Source: Eledone cirrhosa (taxonomy: Eukaryota). Taken from it: 64,000 nt of DNA. This document shows positions 27,201 through 42,437 of the stretch, piece by piece. The stretch is from positions 43,834,001-43,898,000 of the forward strand of contig OZ024748.1 of the NCBI GenBank assembly GCA_964016885.1, written 5' to 3'. The position numbers and the translations under genes were made by a program. Every line of letters begins with the position of its first letter. Within the stretch, counting starts at the first letter, position 1. The notes beneath the pieces were generated by a model. It had not been told where the DNA came from. It did not search any database and was given only the letters and a program-made list of their open reading frames with translations.

Positions 27201-30200
27201 CTCCAAGTACCAGTAATTCCTGGCAGTGTTCTCCAAGTACCAGTAATTCCTGGCAGTGTTCTCCAAGTACCAGTAATTCCTGGCACTGTTCTCCGAGTAC
27301 CAGTAATTCCTGGCAGTGTTCTCCAAGTACCAGTAATTCCTGGCAGTGTTCTCCAAGTACCAGTAATTCCTGGCAGTGTTCTCCAAGTACCAGTAATTCC
27401 TGGCAGTGTTGTCCGAGTACCAGAAATTCCTGGCAGTGTTCGAGTACCAGTAATTCCTGGCACTGTTCTCCAAGTACCAGTAATTCCTGGCACTGTTCTC
27501 CAAGTACCAGTAATTCCTGGCACTGTCCTGAGTACCAGTAATTCCTGGCACTGTTCTCCAAGTACCAGTAATTCCTGGCAGTGTTCTCCAAGTACCAGTA
27601 ATTCCTGGCACTGTTCTCCAAGTACCAGAATTTCCTGGCAGTGTTCTCCAAGTACAAGTAATTCCTGGCACTGTTCTCCAAGTACCAGTAATTCCTGGCA
27701 CTGTTCTCCAAGTACCAGTAATTCCTGGCACTGTCCTGAGTACCAGTAATTCCTGGCACTGTTCTCCAAGTACCAGTAATTCCTGGCAGTGTTCTCCAAG
27801 TACCAGTAATTCCTGGCACTGTTCTCCAAGTACCAGAATTTCCTGGCAGTGTTCTCCAAGTACAAGTAATTCCTGGCAGTGTTCTCCAAGTACCAGTAAT
27901 TCCTGGCAGTGTTCTCCAAGTACCAGTAATTCCTGGCACTGTCCTGAGTACCAGTAATTCCTGGCACTGTTCTCCAAGTACCAGTAATTCCTGGCAGTGT
28001 TCTCCAAGTACCAGTAATTCCTGGCAGTGTTGTCCAAGTACCAGTAATTCCTGGCACTGTTCTCCAAGTACCAGTAATTCCTGGCACTGTTCTCCAAGTA
28101 CCAGTAATTCCTGGCACTGTTCTCCAAGTACCAGTAATTCCTGGCAGTGTTGTCCAAGTACCAGTAATTCCTGGCAGTGTTGTCCAAGTACCAGTAATTC
28201 CTGGCAGTGTTCTGCAAGTACCAGTAATTCCTGGCACTGTTCTCCAAGTACCAGTAATTCCTGGCACTGTTCTCCAAGTACCAGTAATTCCTGGCACTGT
28301 CCTGAGTACCAGTAATTCCTGGCAGTGTTCTCCAAGTACCAGTAATTCCTGGCAGTGTTGTCCAAGTACCAGTAAGTCCTGGCACTGTCCTGAGTACCAG
28401 TAATTCCTGGCAGTGTTCTCCAAGTACCAGTAATTCCTAGCAGTGTTGTCCAAGTACCAGTAATTCCTGGCAGTGTTCTCCAAGTACCAGTAATTCCTAG
28501 CAGTGTTGTCCGAGTACCAGTAATTCCTGGCAGTGTTGTCCAAGTACCAGTAATTCCTGGCACTGTTCTCCAAGTACCAGTAATTCCTGGCAGTGTTCTC
28601 CAAGTACCAGTAATTCCTAGCAGTGTTGTCCAAGTACCAGTAATTCCTGGCACTGTTCTCCAAGTACCAGTAAGTCCTGGCACTGTCCTGAGTACCAGTA
28701 ATTCCTGGTAGTGTTCTCCAAGTACCAGTAATTCCTAGCAGTGTTGTCCAAGTACCAGTAATTCCTGGCAGTGTTCTCCAAGTACCAGTAATTCCTGGCA
28801 GTGTTCTCCAAGTACCAGTAAGTCCTGGCACTGTCCTGAGTACCAGTAATTCCTGGCACTGTCCTGAGTACCAGTAATTCCTGGCAGTGTTCTCCAAGTA
28901 CCAGTAATTCCTGGCAGTGTTCTCCAAGTACCAGTAATTCCTGGCACTGTCCTGAGTACCAGTAATTCCTGGCAGTGTTCTCAGAGTACCAGTAATTCCT
29001 GGCACTGTTCTCCAAGTACCAGTAATTCCTGGCACTGTTCTCCAAGTACCAGTAATTCCTGGCAGTGTTGTCTGAGTACCAGTAATTCCTGGCACTGTTC
29101 TCCAAGTACCAGTAATTCCTGGCAGTGTTGTCCGAGTACCAGTAATTCCTGGCACTGTTCTCCAAGTACCAGTAATTCCTGGCAGTGTTGTCTGAGTACC
29201 AGTAATTCCTGGCACTGTTCTCCAAGTACCAGTAATTCCTGGCAGTGTTGTCCAAGTACCAGTAATTCCTGGCACTGTTCTCCAAGTACCAGTAATTCCT
29301 GGCAGTGTTCTCCAAGTACCAGTAATTCCTGGCAGTGTTGTCTGAGTACCAGTAATTCCTGGCAGTGTTGTCTGAGTACCAGTAATTCCTGGCAGTGTTG
29401 TCTGAGTACCAGTAATTCCTGGCACTGTTCTCCAAGTACCAGTAATTCCTGGCACTGTTCTCCGAGTACCAGTAATTCCTGGCAGTGTTGTCTGAGTACC
29501 AGTAATTCCTGGCACTGTTCTCCAAGTACCAGTAATTCCTGGCACTGTTCTCCGAGTACCAGTAATTCCTGGCACTGTTCTCCAAGTACCAGTAATTCCT
29601 GGCACTGTTCTCCGAGTACCAGTAATTCCTGGCACTGTTCTCCGAGTACCAGTAATTCCTGGCAGTGTTCTCCGAGTACCAGTAATTCCTGGCAGTGTTC
29701 TCCGAGTACCAGTAATTCCTGGCAGTGTTCTCCGAGTACCAGTAATTCCTGGCACTGTCCTGAGTACCAGTAATTCCTGGCACTGTTCTCCAAGTACCAG
29801 TAATTCCTGGCAGTGTTCTCCGAGTACCAGTAATTCCTGGCAGTGTTCTCCGAGTACCAGTAATTCCTGGCAGTGTTCTCCGAGTACCAGTAATTCCTGG
29901 CAGTGTTCTCCAAGTACCAGTAATTCCTGGCACTGTCCTGAGTACCAGTAATTCCTGGCACTGTTCTCCAAGTACCAGTAATTCCTGGCAGTGTTCTCCG
30001 AGTACCAGTAATTCCTGGCAGTGTTCTCCGAGTACCAGTAATTCCTGGCAGTGTTCTCCGAGTACCAGTAATTCCTGGCAGTGTTCTCCGAGTACCAGTA
30101 ATTCCTGGCAGTGTTCTCCAAGTACCAGTAATTCCTGGCACTGTCCTGAGTACCAGTAATTCCTGGCACTGTTCTCCAAGTACCAGTAATTCCTGGCAGT

Positions 30201-33200
30201 GTTCTCCGAGTACCAGTAATTCCTGGCAGTGTTCTCCGAGTACCAGTAATTCCTGGCACTGTTCTCCAAGTACCAGTAATTCCTGGCACTGTTCTCCAAG
30301 TACCAGTAAGTCCTGGCACTGTCCTGAGTACCAGTAATTCCTGGCACTGTTCTCCAAGTACCAGTAATTCCTGGCAGTGTTCTCCAAGTACCAGTAATTC
30401 CTGGCAGTGTTCTCCAAGTACCAGTAATTCCTGGCACTGTCCTGAGTACCAGTAATTCCTGGCAGTGTTCTCCAAGTACCAGTAATTCCTGGCAGTGTTC
30501 TCCAAGTACCAGTAATTCCTGGCACTGTCCTGAGTACCAGTAATTCCTGGCAGTGTTCTCCAAGTACCAGTAATTCCTGGCAGTGTTCTCCAAGTACCAG
30601 TAATTCCTGGCACTGTCCTGAGTACCAGTAATTCCTGGCAGTGTTCTCCAAGTACCAGTAAGTCCTGGCACTGTCCTGAGTACCAGTAATTCCTGGCACT
30701 GTTCTCCAAGTACCAGTAATTCCTGGCAGTGTTCTCCAAGTACCAGTAATTCCTGGCAGTGTTCTCCAAGTACCAGTAATTCCTGGCACTGTCCTGAGTA
30801 CCAGTAATTCCTGGCAGTGTTCTCCAAGTACCAGTAATTCCTGGCAGTGTTCTCCAAGTACCAGTAATTCCTGGCACTGTCCTGAGTACCAGTAATTCCT
30901 GGCAGTGTTCTCCAAGTACCAGTAATTCCTGGCACTGTCCTGAGTACCAGTAATTCCTGGCAGTGTTCTCCAAGTACCAGTAATTCCTGGCAGTGTTCTC
31001 CAAGTACCAGTAATTCCTGGCACTGTCCTGAGTACCAGTAATTCCTGGCAGTGTTCTCCAAGTACCAGTAATTCCTGGCAGTGTTCTCCAAGTACCAGTA
31101 ATTCCTGGCACTGTCCTGAGTACCAGTAATTCCTGGCAGTGTTCTCCAAGTACCAGTAATTCCTGGCAGTGTTCTCCAAGTACCAGTAATTCCTGGCACT
31201 GTCCTGAGTACCAGTAATTCCTGGCAGTGTTCTCCAAGTACCAGTAATTCCTGGCAGTGTTCTCCAAGTACCAGTAATTCCTGGCACTGTCCTGAGTACC
31301 AGTAATTCCTGGCAGTGTTCTCCAAGTACCAGTAATTCCTGGCAGTGTTCTCCAAGTACCAGTAATTCCTGGCACTGTCCTGAGTACCAGTAATTCCTGG
31401 CAGTGTTCTCCAAGTACCAGTAATTCCTGGCAGTGTTCTCCAAGTACCAGTAATTCCTGGCAGTGTTCTCCAAGTACCAGTAATTCCTGGCACTGTCCTG
31501 AGTACCAGTAATTCCTGGCAGTGTTCTCCAAGTACCAGTAATTCCTGGCAGTGTTCTCCAAGTACCAGTAATTCCTGGCACTGTCCTGAGTACCAGTAAT
31601 TCCTGGCAGTGTTCTCCAAGTACCAGTAATTCCTGGCAGTGTTCTCCAAGTACCAGTAATTCCTGGCACTGTTCTCCAAGTACCAGTAATTCCTGGCAGT
31701 GTTCTCCAAGTACCAGTAATTCCTGGCAGTGTTCTCCAAGTACCAGTAATTCCTGGCAGTGTTCTCCAAGTACCAGTAATTCCTGGCACTGTCCTGAGTA
31801 CCAGTAATTCCTGGCACTGTTCTCCAAGTACCAGTAATTCCTGGCACTGTCCTGAGTACCAGTAATTCCTGGCAGTGTTCTCCAAGTACCAGTAATTCCT
31901 GGCAGTGTTCTCCAAGTACCAGTAATTCCTGGCACTGTCCTGAGTACCAGTAATTCCTGGCAGTGTTCTCCAAGTACCAGTAATTCCTGGCAGTGTTCTC
32001 CAAGTACCAGTAATTCCTGGCAGTGTTCTCCAAGTACCAGTAATTCCTGGCAGTGTTCTCCAAGTACCAGTAATTCCTGGCACTGTCCTGAGTACCAGTA
32101 ATTCCTGGCAGTGTTCTCCAAGTACCAGTAATTCCTGGCAGTGTTCTCCAAGTACCAGTAATTCCTGGCACTGTCCTGAGTACCAGTAATTCCTGGCAGT
32201 GTTCTCCAAGTACCAGTAATTCCTGGCAGTGTTCTCCAAGTACCAGTAATTCCTGGCACTGTCCTGAGTACCAGTAATTCCTGGCAGTGTTCTCCAAGTA
32301 CCAGTAATTCCTGGCAGTGTTCTCCAAGTACCAGTAATTCCTGGCACTGTCCTGAGTACCAGTAATTCCTGGCAGTGTTCTCCAAGTACCAGTAATTCCT
32401 GGCAGTGTTCTCCAAGTACCAGTAATTCCTGGCACTGTCCTGAGTACCAGTAATTCCTGGCAGTGTTCTCCAAGTACCAGTAAGTCCTGGCACTGTTCTC
32501 CAAGTACCAGTAATTCCTGGCAGTGTTCTCCAAGTACCAGTAATTCCTGGCAGTGTTCTCCAAGTACCAGTAATTCCTGGCACTGTCCTGAGTACCAGTA
32601 ATTCCTGGCAGTGTTCTCCAAGTACCAGTAATTCCTGGCACTGTCCTGAGTACCAGTAATTCCTGGCAGTGTTCTCCAAGTACCAGTAAGTCCTGGCACT
32701 GTCCTGAGTACCAGTAATTCCTGGCACTGTTCTCCAAGTACCAGTAATTCCTGGCAGTGTTCTCCAAGTACCAGTAATTCCTGGCACTGTCCTGAGTACC
32801 AGTAATTCCTGGCAGTGTTCTCCAAGTACCAGTAATTCCTGGCAGTGTTCTCCAAGTACCAGTAATTCCTGGCACTGTCCTGAGTACCAGTAATTCCTGG
32901 CACTGTTCTCCAAGTACCAGTAATTCCTGGCACTGTCCTGAGTACCAGTAATTCCTGGCACTGTTCTCCAAGTACCAGTAATTCCTGGCAGTGTTCTCCA
33001 AGTACCAGTAATTCCTGGCAGTGTTCTCCAAGTACCAGTAATTCCTGGCACTGTCCTGAGTACCAGTAATTCCTGGCAGTGTTCTCCAAGTACCAGTAAT
33101 TCCTGGCAGTGTTCTCCAAGTACCAGTAATTCCTGGCACTGTCCTGAGTACCAGTAATTCCTGGCAGTGTTCTCCAAGTACCAGTAATTCCTGGCAGTGT

Positions 33201-36200
33201 TCTCCAAGTACCAGTAATTCCTGGCACTGTCCTGAGTACCAGTAATTCCTGGCACTGTTCTCCAAGTACCAGTAATTCCTGGCAGTGTTCTCCAAGTACC
33301 AGTAATTCCTGGCACTGTCCTGAGTACCAGTAATTCCTGGCACTGTTCTCCAAGTACCAGTAATTCCTGGCAGTGTTCTCCAAGTACCAGTAATTCCTGG
33401 CAGTGTTCTCCAAGTACCAGTAATTCCTGGCACTGTCCTGAGTACCAGTAATTCCTGGCAGTGTTCTCCAAGTACCAGTAATTCCTGGCAGTGTTCTCCA
33501 AGTACCAGTAATTCCTGGCACTGTCCTGAGTACCAGTAATTCCTGGCACTGTTCTCCAAGTACCAGTAATTCCTGGCAGTGTTCTCCAAGTACCAGTAAT
33601 TCCTGGCACTGTCCTGAGTACCAGTAATTCCTGGCACTGTTCTCCAAGTACCAGTAATTCCTGGCAGTGTTCTCCAAGTACCAGTAAGTCCTGGCACTGT
33701 CCTGAGTACCAGTAATTCCTGGCACTGTTCTCCAAGTACCAGTAATTCCTGGCAGTGTTCTCCAAGTACCAGTAATTCCTGGCACTGTCCTGAGTACCAG
33801 TAATTCCTGGCACTGTTCTCCAAGTACCAGTAATTCCTGGCAGTGTTCTCCAAGTACCAGTAATTCCTGGCAGTGTTCTCCAAGTACCAGTAATTCCTGG
33901 CACTGTCCTGAGTACCAGTAATTCCTGGCAGTGTTCTCCAAGTACCAGTAATTCCTGGCACTGTCCTGAGTACCAGTAATTCCTGGCACTGTTCTCCAAG
34001 TACCAGTAATTCCTGGCAGTGTTCTCCAAGTACCAGTAATTCCTGGCACTGTCCTGAGTACCAGTAATTCCTGGCACTGTTCTCCAAGTACCAGTAATTC
34101 CTGGCAGTGTTCTCCAAGTACCAGTAAGTCCTGGCACTGTCCTGAGTACCAGTAATTCCTGGCACTGTTCTCCAAGTACCAGTAATTCCTGGCAGTGTTC
34201 TCCAAGTACCAGTAATTCCTGGCACTGTCCTGAGTACCAGTAATTCCTGGCAGTGTTCTCCAAGTACCAGTAATTCCTGGCACTGTCCTGAGTACCAGTA
34301 ATTCCTGGCAGTGTTCTCCAAGTACCAGTAATTCCTGGCAGTGTTCTCCAAGTACCAGTAATTCCTGGCAGTGTTCTCCAAGTACCAGTAATTCCTGGCA
34401 CTGTTCTCCAAGTACCAGTAATTCCTGGCAGTGTTCTCCAAGTACCAGTAATTCCTGGCACTGTCCTGAGTACCAGTAATTCCTGGCACTGTTCTCCAAG
34501 TACCAGTAATTCCTGGCAGTGTTCTCCAAGTACCAGAAATTCCTGGCAGTGTTGTCCGAGTACCAGTAATTCCTGGCAGTGTTCTCCAAGTACCAGTAAT
34601 TCCTGGCAGTGTTCTCCAAGTACCAGTAATTCCTGGCAGTGTTCTCCAAGTACCAGTAATTCCTGGCAGTGTTCTCCAAGTACCAGTAATTCCTGGCACT
34701 GTTCTCCAAGTACCAGAAATTCCTGGCAGTGTTGTCCGAGTACCAGTAATTCCTGGCACTGTTCTCCAAGTACCAGTAATTCCTGGCAGTGTTGTCCGAG
34801 TACCAGTAATTCCTGGCAGTGTTGTCCAAGTACCAGTAATTCCTGGCACTGTTCTCCAAGTACCAGTAATTCCTGGCAGTGATCTCCAAGTACCAGTAAT
34901 TCCTGGCAGTGTTGTCCAAGTACCAGTAATTCCTGGCACTGTTCTCCAAGTACCAGTAATTCCTGGCACTGTTCTCCAAGTACCAGTAATTCCTGGCAGT
35001 GTTCTCCAAGTACCAGTAATTCCTGGCAGTGTTCTCCAAGTACCAGTAATTCCTGGCACTGTCCTGAGTACCAGTAATTCCTGGCAGTGTTCTCCAAGTA
35101 CCAGTAATTCCTGGCAGTGTTCTCCAAGTACCAGTAATTCCTGGCAGTGTCCTGAGTACCAGTAATTCCTGGCAGTGTTCTCAGAGTACCAGTAATTCCT
35201 GGCAGTGTTCTCCAAGTACCAGTAATTCCTGGCAGTGTTGTCCGAGTACCAGTAATTCCTGGCACTGTTCTCCAAGTACCAGTAATTCCTGGCAGTGTTC
35301 TCCAAGTACCAGTAATTCCTAGCAGTGTTGTCCAAGTACCAGTAATTCCTGGCAGTGTTCTCCAAGTACCAGTAATTCCTGGCAGTGTTCTCCAAGTACC
35401 AGTAAGTCCTGGCACTGTCCTGAGTACCAGTAATTCCTGGCAGTGTTCTCCAAGTACCAGTAATTCCTGGCAGTGTTCTCCAAGTACCAGTAATTCCTGG
35501 CAGTGTTCTCCAAGTACCAGTAATTCCTGGCACTGTCCTGAGTACCAGTAATTCCTGGCAGTGTTCTCCAAGTACCAGTAATTCCTGGCAGTGTTCTCCA
35601 AGTACCAGTAATTCCTGGCACTGTCCTGAGTACCAGTAATTCCTGGCACTGTTCTCCAAGTACCAGTAATTCCTGGCACTGTCCTGAGTACCAGTAATTC
35701 CTGGCACTGTTCTCCAAGTACCAGTAATTCCTGGCAGTGTTCTCCAAGTACCAGTAATTCCTGGCACTGTTCTCCAAGTACCAGTAATTCCTGGCACTGT
35801 CCTGAGTACCAGTAATTCCTGGCACTGTTCTCCAAGTACCAGTAATTCCTGGCACTGTTCTCCAAGTACCAGTAATTCCTGGCAGTGTTCTCCAAGTACC
35901 AGTAATTCCTGGCAGTGTTCTCCAAGTACCAGTAATTCCTGGCACTGTCCTGAGTACCAGTAATTCCTGGCAGTGTTCTCCAAGTACCAGTAATTCCTGG
36001 CAGTGTTCTCCAAGTACCAGTAATTCCTGGCAGTGTCCTGAGTACCAGTAATTCCTGGCAGTGTTCTCAGAGTACCAGTAATTCCTGGCAGTGTTCTCCA
36101 AGTACCAGTAATTCCTGGCAGTGTTGTCCGAGTACCAGTAATTCCTGGCACTGTTCTCCAAGTACCAGTAATTCCTGGCAGTGTTCTCCAAGTACCAGTA

Positions 36201-36454
36201 ATTCCTAGCAGTGTTGTCCAAGTACCAGTAATTCCTGGCAGTGTTCTCCAAGTACCAGTAATTCCTGGCAGTGTTCTCCAAGTACCAGTAAGTCCTGGCA
36301 CTGTCCTGAGTACCAGTAATTCCTGGCAGTGTTCTCCAAGTACCAGTAATTCCTGGCAGTGTTCTCCAAGTACCAGTAATTCCTGGCACTGTCCTGAGTA
36401 CCAGTAATTCCTGGCAGTGTTCTCCAAATACCAGTAATTCCTGGCACTGTTCTC
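21245..36454. repeat. Large tandem satellite, 30-bp unit GTACCAGTAATTCCTGGCA(G/C)TGTT(C/G)TCCAA with 28-bp variant ...CACTGTCCTGA; roughly 510 units
   Basis: Directly visible periodicity; inverted block at 23157-23630. Confidence 0.98.
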
Positions 36455-36570
36455 TTCCACGATACACATTCACACCATCAATCTAACTCAACTTTCTTTT
36501 GAGACAACGATCATTGAAAGAGAAAAACAAAAAAAAATTAACCAAGAGGTGGAGGGTACAAGTTTGGACA

Positions 36571-36681
<111 letters not shown>

Positions 36682-36863
36682 AAATAAAAAGTACAAATGT
36701 TGCTGAATATAATAACCTTATTGCCATAGGAACTGTTACAAAATGTAGATCTACAAAACAATCATCAAAATACCCTCTGGACAGACAGTAAACTTTGGAC
36801 AGAATATATACAAGATCAATGGCTAGTTTCGACACACACAGATATACGAGGACAAATTCTAGA

Positions 36864-37135
36864 ATCATCATCATCATCATCTTCGTTTAACGTTTATCGT
36901 CCACGCTAGCATGGGTTCGACAGGAGTTGTCCCACTTGAGGCAAGGTTTGTCGGGTGACCGTGACTCGCTCATATAGGACTATCTGGCGGGTTTTCTATG
37001 GCTGGATGCCCTTCCTAACACCAACCACATTTACAGTGTGGAACTGGGAACTTTTTACCGTGTTACCTACACAACCACATTACAGCGTGGACTGTGTGTT
37101 TTTTTTTTTTGTCGTGACACCTACACAATCTCATT
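36864..37135 (-). mobile_element. RTE LINE 3' UTR fragment
   Basis: (CAT)n tail followed by sequence matching the 9561 copy. Confidence 0.8.
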
Positions 37136-37339
37136 ATCTCTTATTTGGACAATTTTACAGAGAGGGTGGTGTTAGTGGGAGGATAGGGTAGGGGTATGCC
37201 TATGTCTCACTGCCATGTAGCATTGCTATTCATGAATATTCATGAAATTATCTTACATGTCTTTAGATTTGTGATTAATAGTATTATATATTTGTTTCAT
37301 CATTATTAAAAATGTGGTCCCCCTGGAGCCATAACAAAG

Positions 37340-37870
37340 GTGCCCAGCCCACATTGTAAAGTGGTCGTGGTGGTGTCATGACAAAAAACACCCAGTCCAC
37401 ACTGTAAAGTGGTCGTGGTGGTGTCATGACAAAAAATACCCAGTCCACACTGTAAAGTGGTTGTGGTGGTGTCATGACAAAAGATACCCAGTCCACACTG
37501 TAGGTGTGGTTGTGGTGGTGTCATGACAAAAAACACCCAGTCCACACTGTAGGTGTGGTTGTGGTGGTGTCATGACAAAAAACACCCAGTCCACACTGTA
37601 GGTGTGGTTGTGGTGGTGTCATGACAAAAAACACCCAGTCCACACTGTAAAGTGGTAGTGTAGGAGTCATGACAAAAAACACCCAGTCCACACTGTAAAG
37701 TGGATGTGCAAGTATCATGACAAAAGCGCCCAGTCCACACTGTAGGTGTGGTTGGCTGTAGAAACCAAGCCAGAAACAGTTCTGTATGAGCAAAAAATGA
37801 TTTCTCACAAAGGGACAGCCTGTCCAACCCATGCTAGCAAGGAAAATGGATGTTAAACGATGATGATGAT
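37340..37870 (+). mobile_element. RTE 3' UTR fragment with tandemly amplified ~48-bp unit
   Basis: Repeats of CACCCAGTCCACACTGTAAAGTGG..GTGGTGGTGTCATGACAAAAAA followed by an RTE 3' end and (GAT)n; similar array at 59450-59895. Confidence 0.8.
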
Positions 37871-38226
37871 AAAAGACTGACCCAAGCCTAAAGAATCTCA
37901 TCAGCTGAGAGATTATTCTAGTTTTACTGGCTATAAGTGACTGTGAGTACGAGAAACTCTTCCATGAATAGGATGCCAGTCCACCACAGGGTTAACTCCC
38001 AACTGCTGCCAATGATACTTTTCAGCTGAGTTGACCAGAACAACATGAAGTGAAGTAAGTATAAAAGGATGATATAATGAAGCACAGATGCTATAGAAAT
38101 AGATTATAAAATAGGGTGGAGACCATTGCAGCCAATGGCAACTTCTTTTCCGTCTTTTAAGGGTCTTCACCCTGAGAAAGAGAGAGAGAGAGACAGAGAA
38201 AGACAGGGAAAGAGACAGAGAGACAC

Positions 38227-38324
<98 letters not shown>

Positions 38325-38325
38325 C

Positions 38326-38370
<45 letters not shown>

Positions 38371-38373
38371 GAC

Positions 38374-38420
<47 letters not shown>

Positions 38421-38426
38421 GACAGA

Positions 38427-38565
<139 letters not shown>

Positions 38566-38637
38566 AGAGAGAGAGAGAGAGACGACAGAGAGAGACAGAG
38601 AGAGAGAGTTTAGACAAAATAATAGTTAATCTTTGAC

Positions 38638-38837
38638 NNNNNNNNNNNNNNNNNNNNNNNNNNNNNNNNNNNNNNNNNNNNNNNNNNNNNNNNNNNNNNN
38701 NNNNNNNNNNNNNNNNNNNNNNNNNNNNNNNNNNNNNNNNNNNNNNNNNNNNNNNNNNNNNNNNNNNNNNNNNNNNNNNNNNNNNNNNNNNNNNNNNNNN
38801 NNNNNNNNNNNNNNNNNNNNNNNNNNNNNNNNNNNNN
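38638..38837. other. Assembly gap (200 N)
   Basis: Run of N. Confidence 1.
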
Positions 38838-39117
38838 AATTCATGAAATGTCCAAATGTCGATAGGGTTTTTTGAGTGGAGGGTGGGGTGTTTAAAAATG
38901 ATATCCCATGAAATTTGTTATAGCTTGTTTTCTAAGTCTTTAAACAGCTTAAGGTATTATTAAAGCTTAACTAGCAAGGGTCACTGTGGTTTTGTTTTTT
39001 TTGTTTGTGTTTTTTTGTTTGTATTTTCTGTCGTTTAGCAACACAGTTGTTTTCTTTGTAGAAAATTTGAACAGACATGTTTCAATTCAGTGTTCTGATC
39101 TGTTGAAGAAAACTAGT

Positions 39118-40127
<1,010 letters not shown>

Positions 40128-40254
40128 AAATAATATGTTTCTACATTTGGCACAAGGCCAGCAATTACCCAGTGTATTACTGGTACTTTATTTTATCGAC
40201 CCGTAAGGATGAAAGGCAAAGTTAACCTCGGCGGGATTTGAACTCAGACTGTAA

Positions 40255-40790
40255 AATAATAATGATGAAATTATTGTGCAAAGTGCTCAGGTGCACTACA
40301 ACTCATCAAAGGTGCATGTATAGTACATAGAATAATGTACAAATGTCAGGGAAGTGAATAGCGTATGAGTCATGATATACATGTGTGTATGTGTATGGAG
40401 GGGGAATATTAGGTGTAGTGTTGGCAAATCTAAGGAAGTATGGAGGTTTTAAAGGACGCAGTGTCTCTACAGCTAACAACTGATGCAGGTAGTTTGTTCC
40501 ATGCTTCAGCAACTTTGAGTATGAAAAAATGTTTCCAAAAAGCCATGGGAGCTGTGCTGTTTTCTGACTTTGTGGGCATGCCCACGTGTGTTAGACACAT
40601 GGAAATCAAAAAGGTACTCAGGGTTGTTGTTGGCAAGATGGTTAATAATTTTGTGGGCGTTTACCAAGTCAGTTCAATATATCCATGCCCAGGGAAGCAA
40701 GGCGTTCAGAGTATGGTAGATGCCTGATGGAGGGTATTCGCTTGTGTTGCATGTCTCTGAACAGTTTCCAGGCGGTCAATGTTTTGAGCA
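40255..40790 (-). mobile_element. 3' fragment of the same CR1-like LINE
   Basis: High similarity to 53111-53662. Confidence 0.9.
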
Positions 40791-41796
40791 ATATGTATGT
40801 ATGTATGTATGTGTGTGTGTAATAACTTTTACTGCAGTATCCAAGGTGTAGGAAGGAGCAAAAAAGTTGCTAACGAGGCAACTCTCTTAGAGACAAAGTC
40901 TATGTGTGTATGTGTATATATATAGAGAGAAATTGATTGACATATATATATATATCTAAAATAAACACATGAAACAATCACAGGGGATAATTTGCTAGGT
41001 AGGTAACTAATTAAAGTTTAACTAGAACTTCAAATATAGATACTTTTTAAAATGATTAATCTTCCTTGTATATATTTCATTAATATGGATATTAATGTAG
41101 ATATGGTGCATGTCTCAGACATGACACCCTTAATTTAATTCTGGATACACACGCACACACACACACAGGAGCATGCTTGTGTAACAATATAAACATTATC
41201 AGGGTTTTTTTATGCGATAGTATTTTCGTTTAAGTTCCGTTTAAAAAACACCGGTTTCTCTTCCCTTGCCAGTCTTACGAACAAAGAAGCCGACATATGA
41301 ATAACTTATGTATCAATGAAAGAGTCGAGTCGGAAATGTCCTTTAATCACCGGAGTGTGACCGAATGATTAATTATTGAACATATAGAGAATTTACTGAC
41401 AGGCCAGATAACATTGAATTATTTTGGATTGGCAGTCATCGGGAGAACGTAGGACAAAGTGCTTTGCAGCATAAAGTTAAGGTCCTTTATGGTCTGAGTT
41501 CAAATTCCATTGAAATTAGCTTTGCCTTTCATCTTTACAGGGGATTGATAAAATAAAGTACCAGTAATGTGTTGGGGTTAATTTAATCAACTTATCCCTT
41601 CCATTCAAATTACCAGCCTTTTGCCAAAAGTAGAAGCGCGCACGCGTGCGTGCGAGAGTGGTATATGTGTAGTACTAATAGTTGCTATTTATTTCCGATT
41701 GTTTTCATATGCATTGTACTATTGTAACCGTATTGAAACAGACGTAGAAATTAAAGAATGGATTTAAGTTGTTAACCTTGGTCTTTTGTAATTTTG

Positions 41797-41834
<38 letters not shown>

Positions 41835-42055
41835 ATGATGATTATATATACATATATATATATATATATAGTATAAATATAAAGCGTGAAATTAATAAGA
41901 CTTTTGTGCCTCTGTTTGTTGTCTCCTTGAATATTACGCCAGCACCAACAGTTTTGCAAGAGATGTCAACATGAATGGACCTGTTATTTTATCTAAAGAC
42001 ATTTTTTCCAATTCCAGCCCGCCTGTCCCCTCAATCTATCTTATTTCTCATTCTT

Positions 42056-42091
42056 TCTTCTGATGAAGGACTAGCATCCGAAACGTTAAGA
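42056..42091 (+). ncRNA. Minimal type I hammerhead-like motif
   Basis: UCUU-CUGAUGA-A GGA cuagca UCC-GAA-ACGU-U-AAGA; palindromic helix III ACGU; degenerate relative on the minus strand at about 12275-12310. Confidence 0.55.
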
Positions 42092-42360
42092 CCTTCCTGC
42101 TATATCAAGGGTTAACCTAATATATACCTTCCATATACTGTACCGATTGTGTTGTTATTTCTGTTTACCTTTTACATACATATATATATTATATATATAT
42201 ATATTATATATATATATATATCATAAAAAAAAAAAATTTCGCTCTACATGACTGAATACAATAAATGTAATCTGAGTTTTTCGAATATTATTAAGTCACT
42301 GTATTTTAATGTCACTCTGTATTTTTGAAAATAGCATATATTTTCACAAGCTCTGACAGT

Positions 42361-42437
42361 TTGGCAGGTGAACAGTGAGCTGTACTGATGAAGGGTGATA
42401 CCCGGAAACAGTGTCTGCAGTTCTGTTCACATGCCAA
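42361..42437 (+). ncRNA. Type I hammerhead-like motif with extended helix I and GUC triplet
   Basis: GAGCUGUA-CUGAUGA-A GGGU gau ACCC G-GAA-ACAGUGU-C-UGCAGUUC; helix I extended by UUGGCA.GUGAACA pairing with UGUUCAC.UGCCAA. Confidence 0.7.

Noticed and set aside
21245-36454. CRISPR-like array (hairpin repeats with variable linkers)
   Set aside because: Linkers are 6-8 nt and drawn from a few recurring variants rather than unique spacers; no cas genes; eukaryotic context.
21227-36473. Giant ORFs up to 3425 aa (ENTARNYWYL / RTLPGITGTW / GEHCQELLVL repeats)
   Set aside because: The unit lacks stops in all three minus-strand frames, and the frequent 28-bp units shift frame freely, so no frame is under visible selection; the region is intronic.
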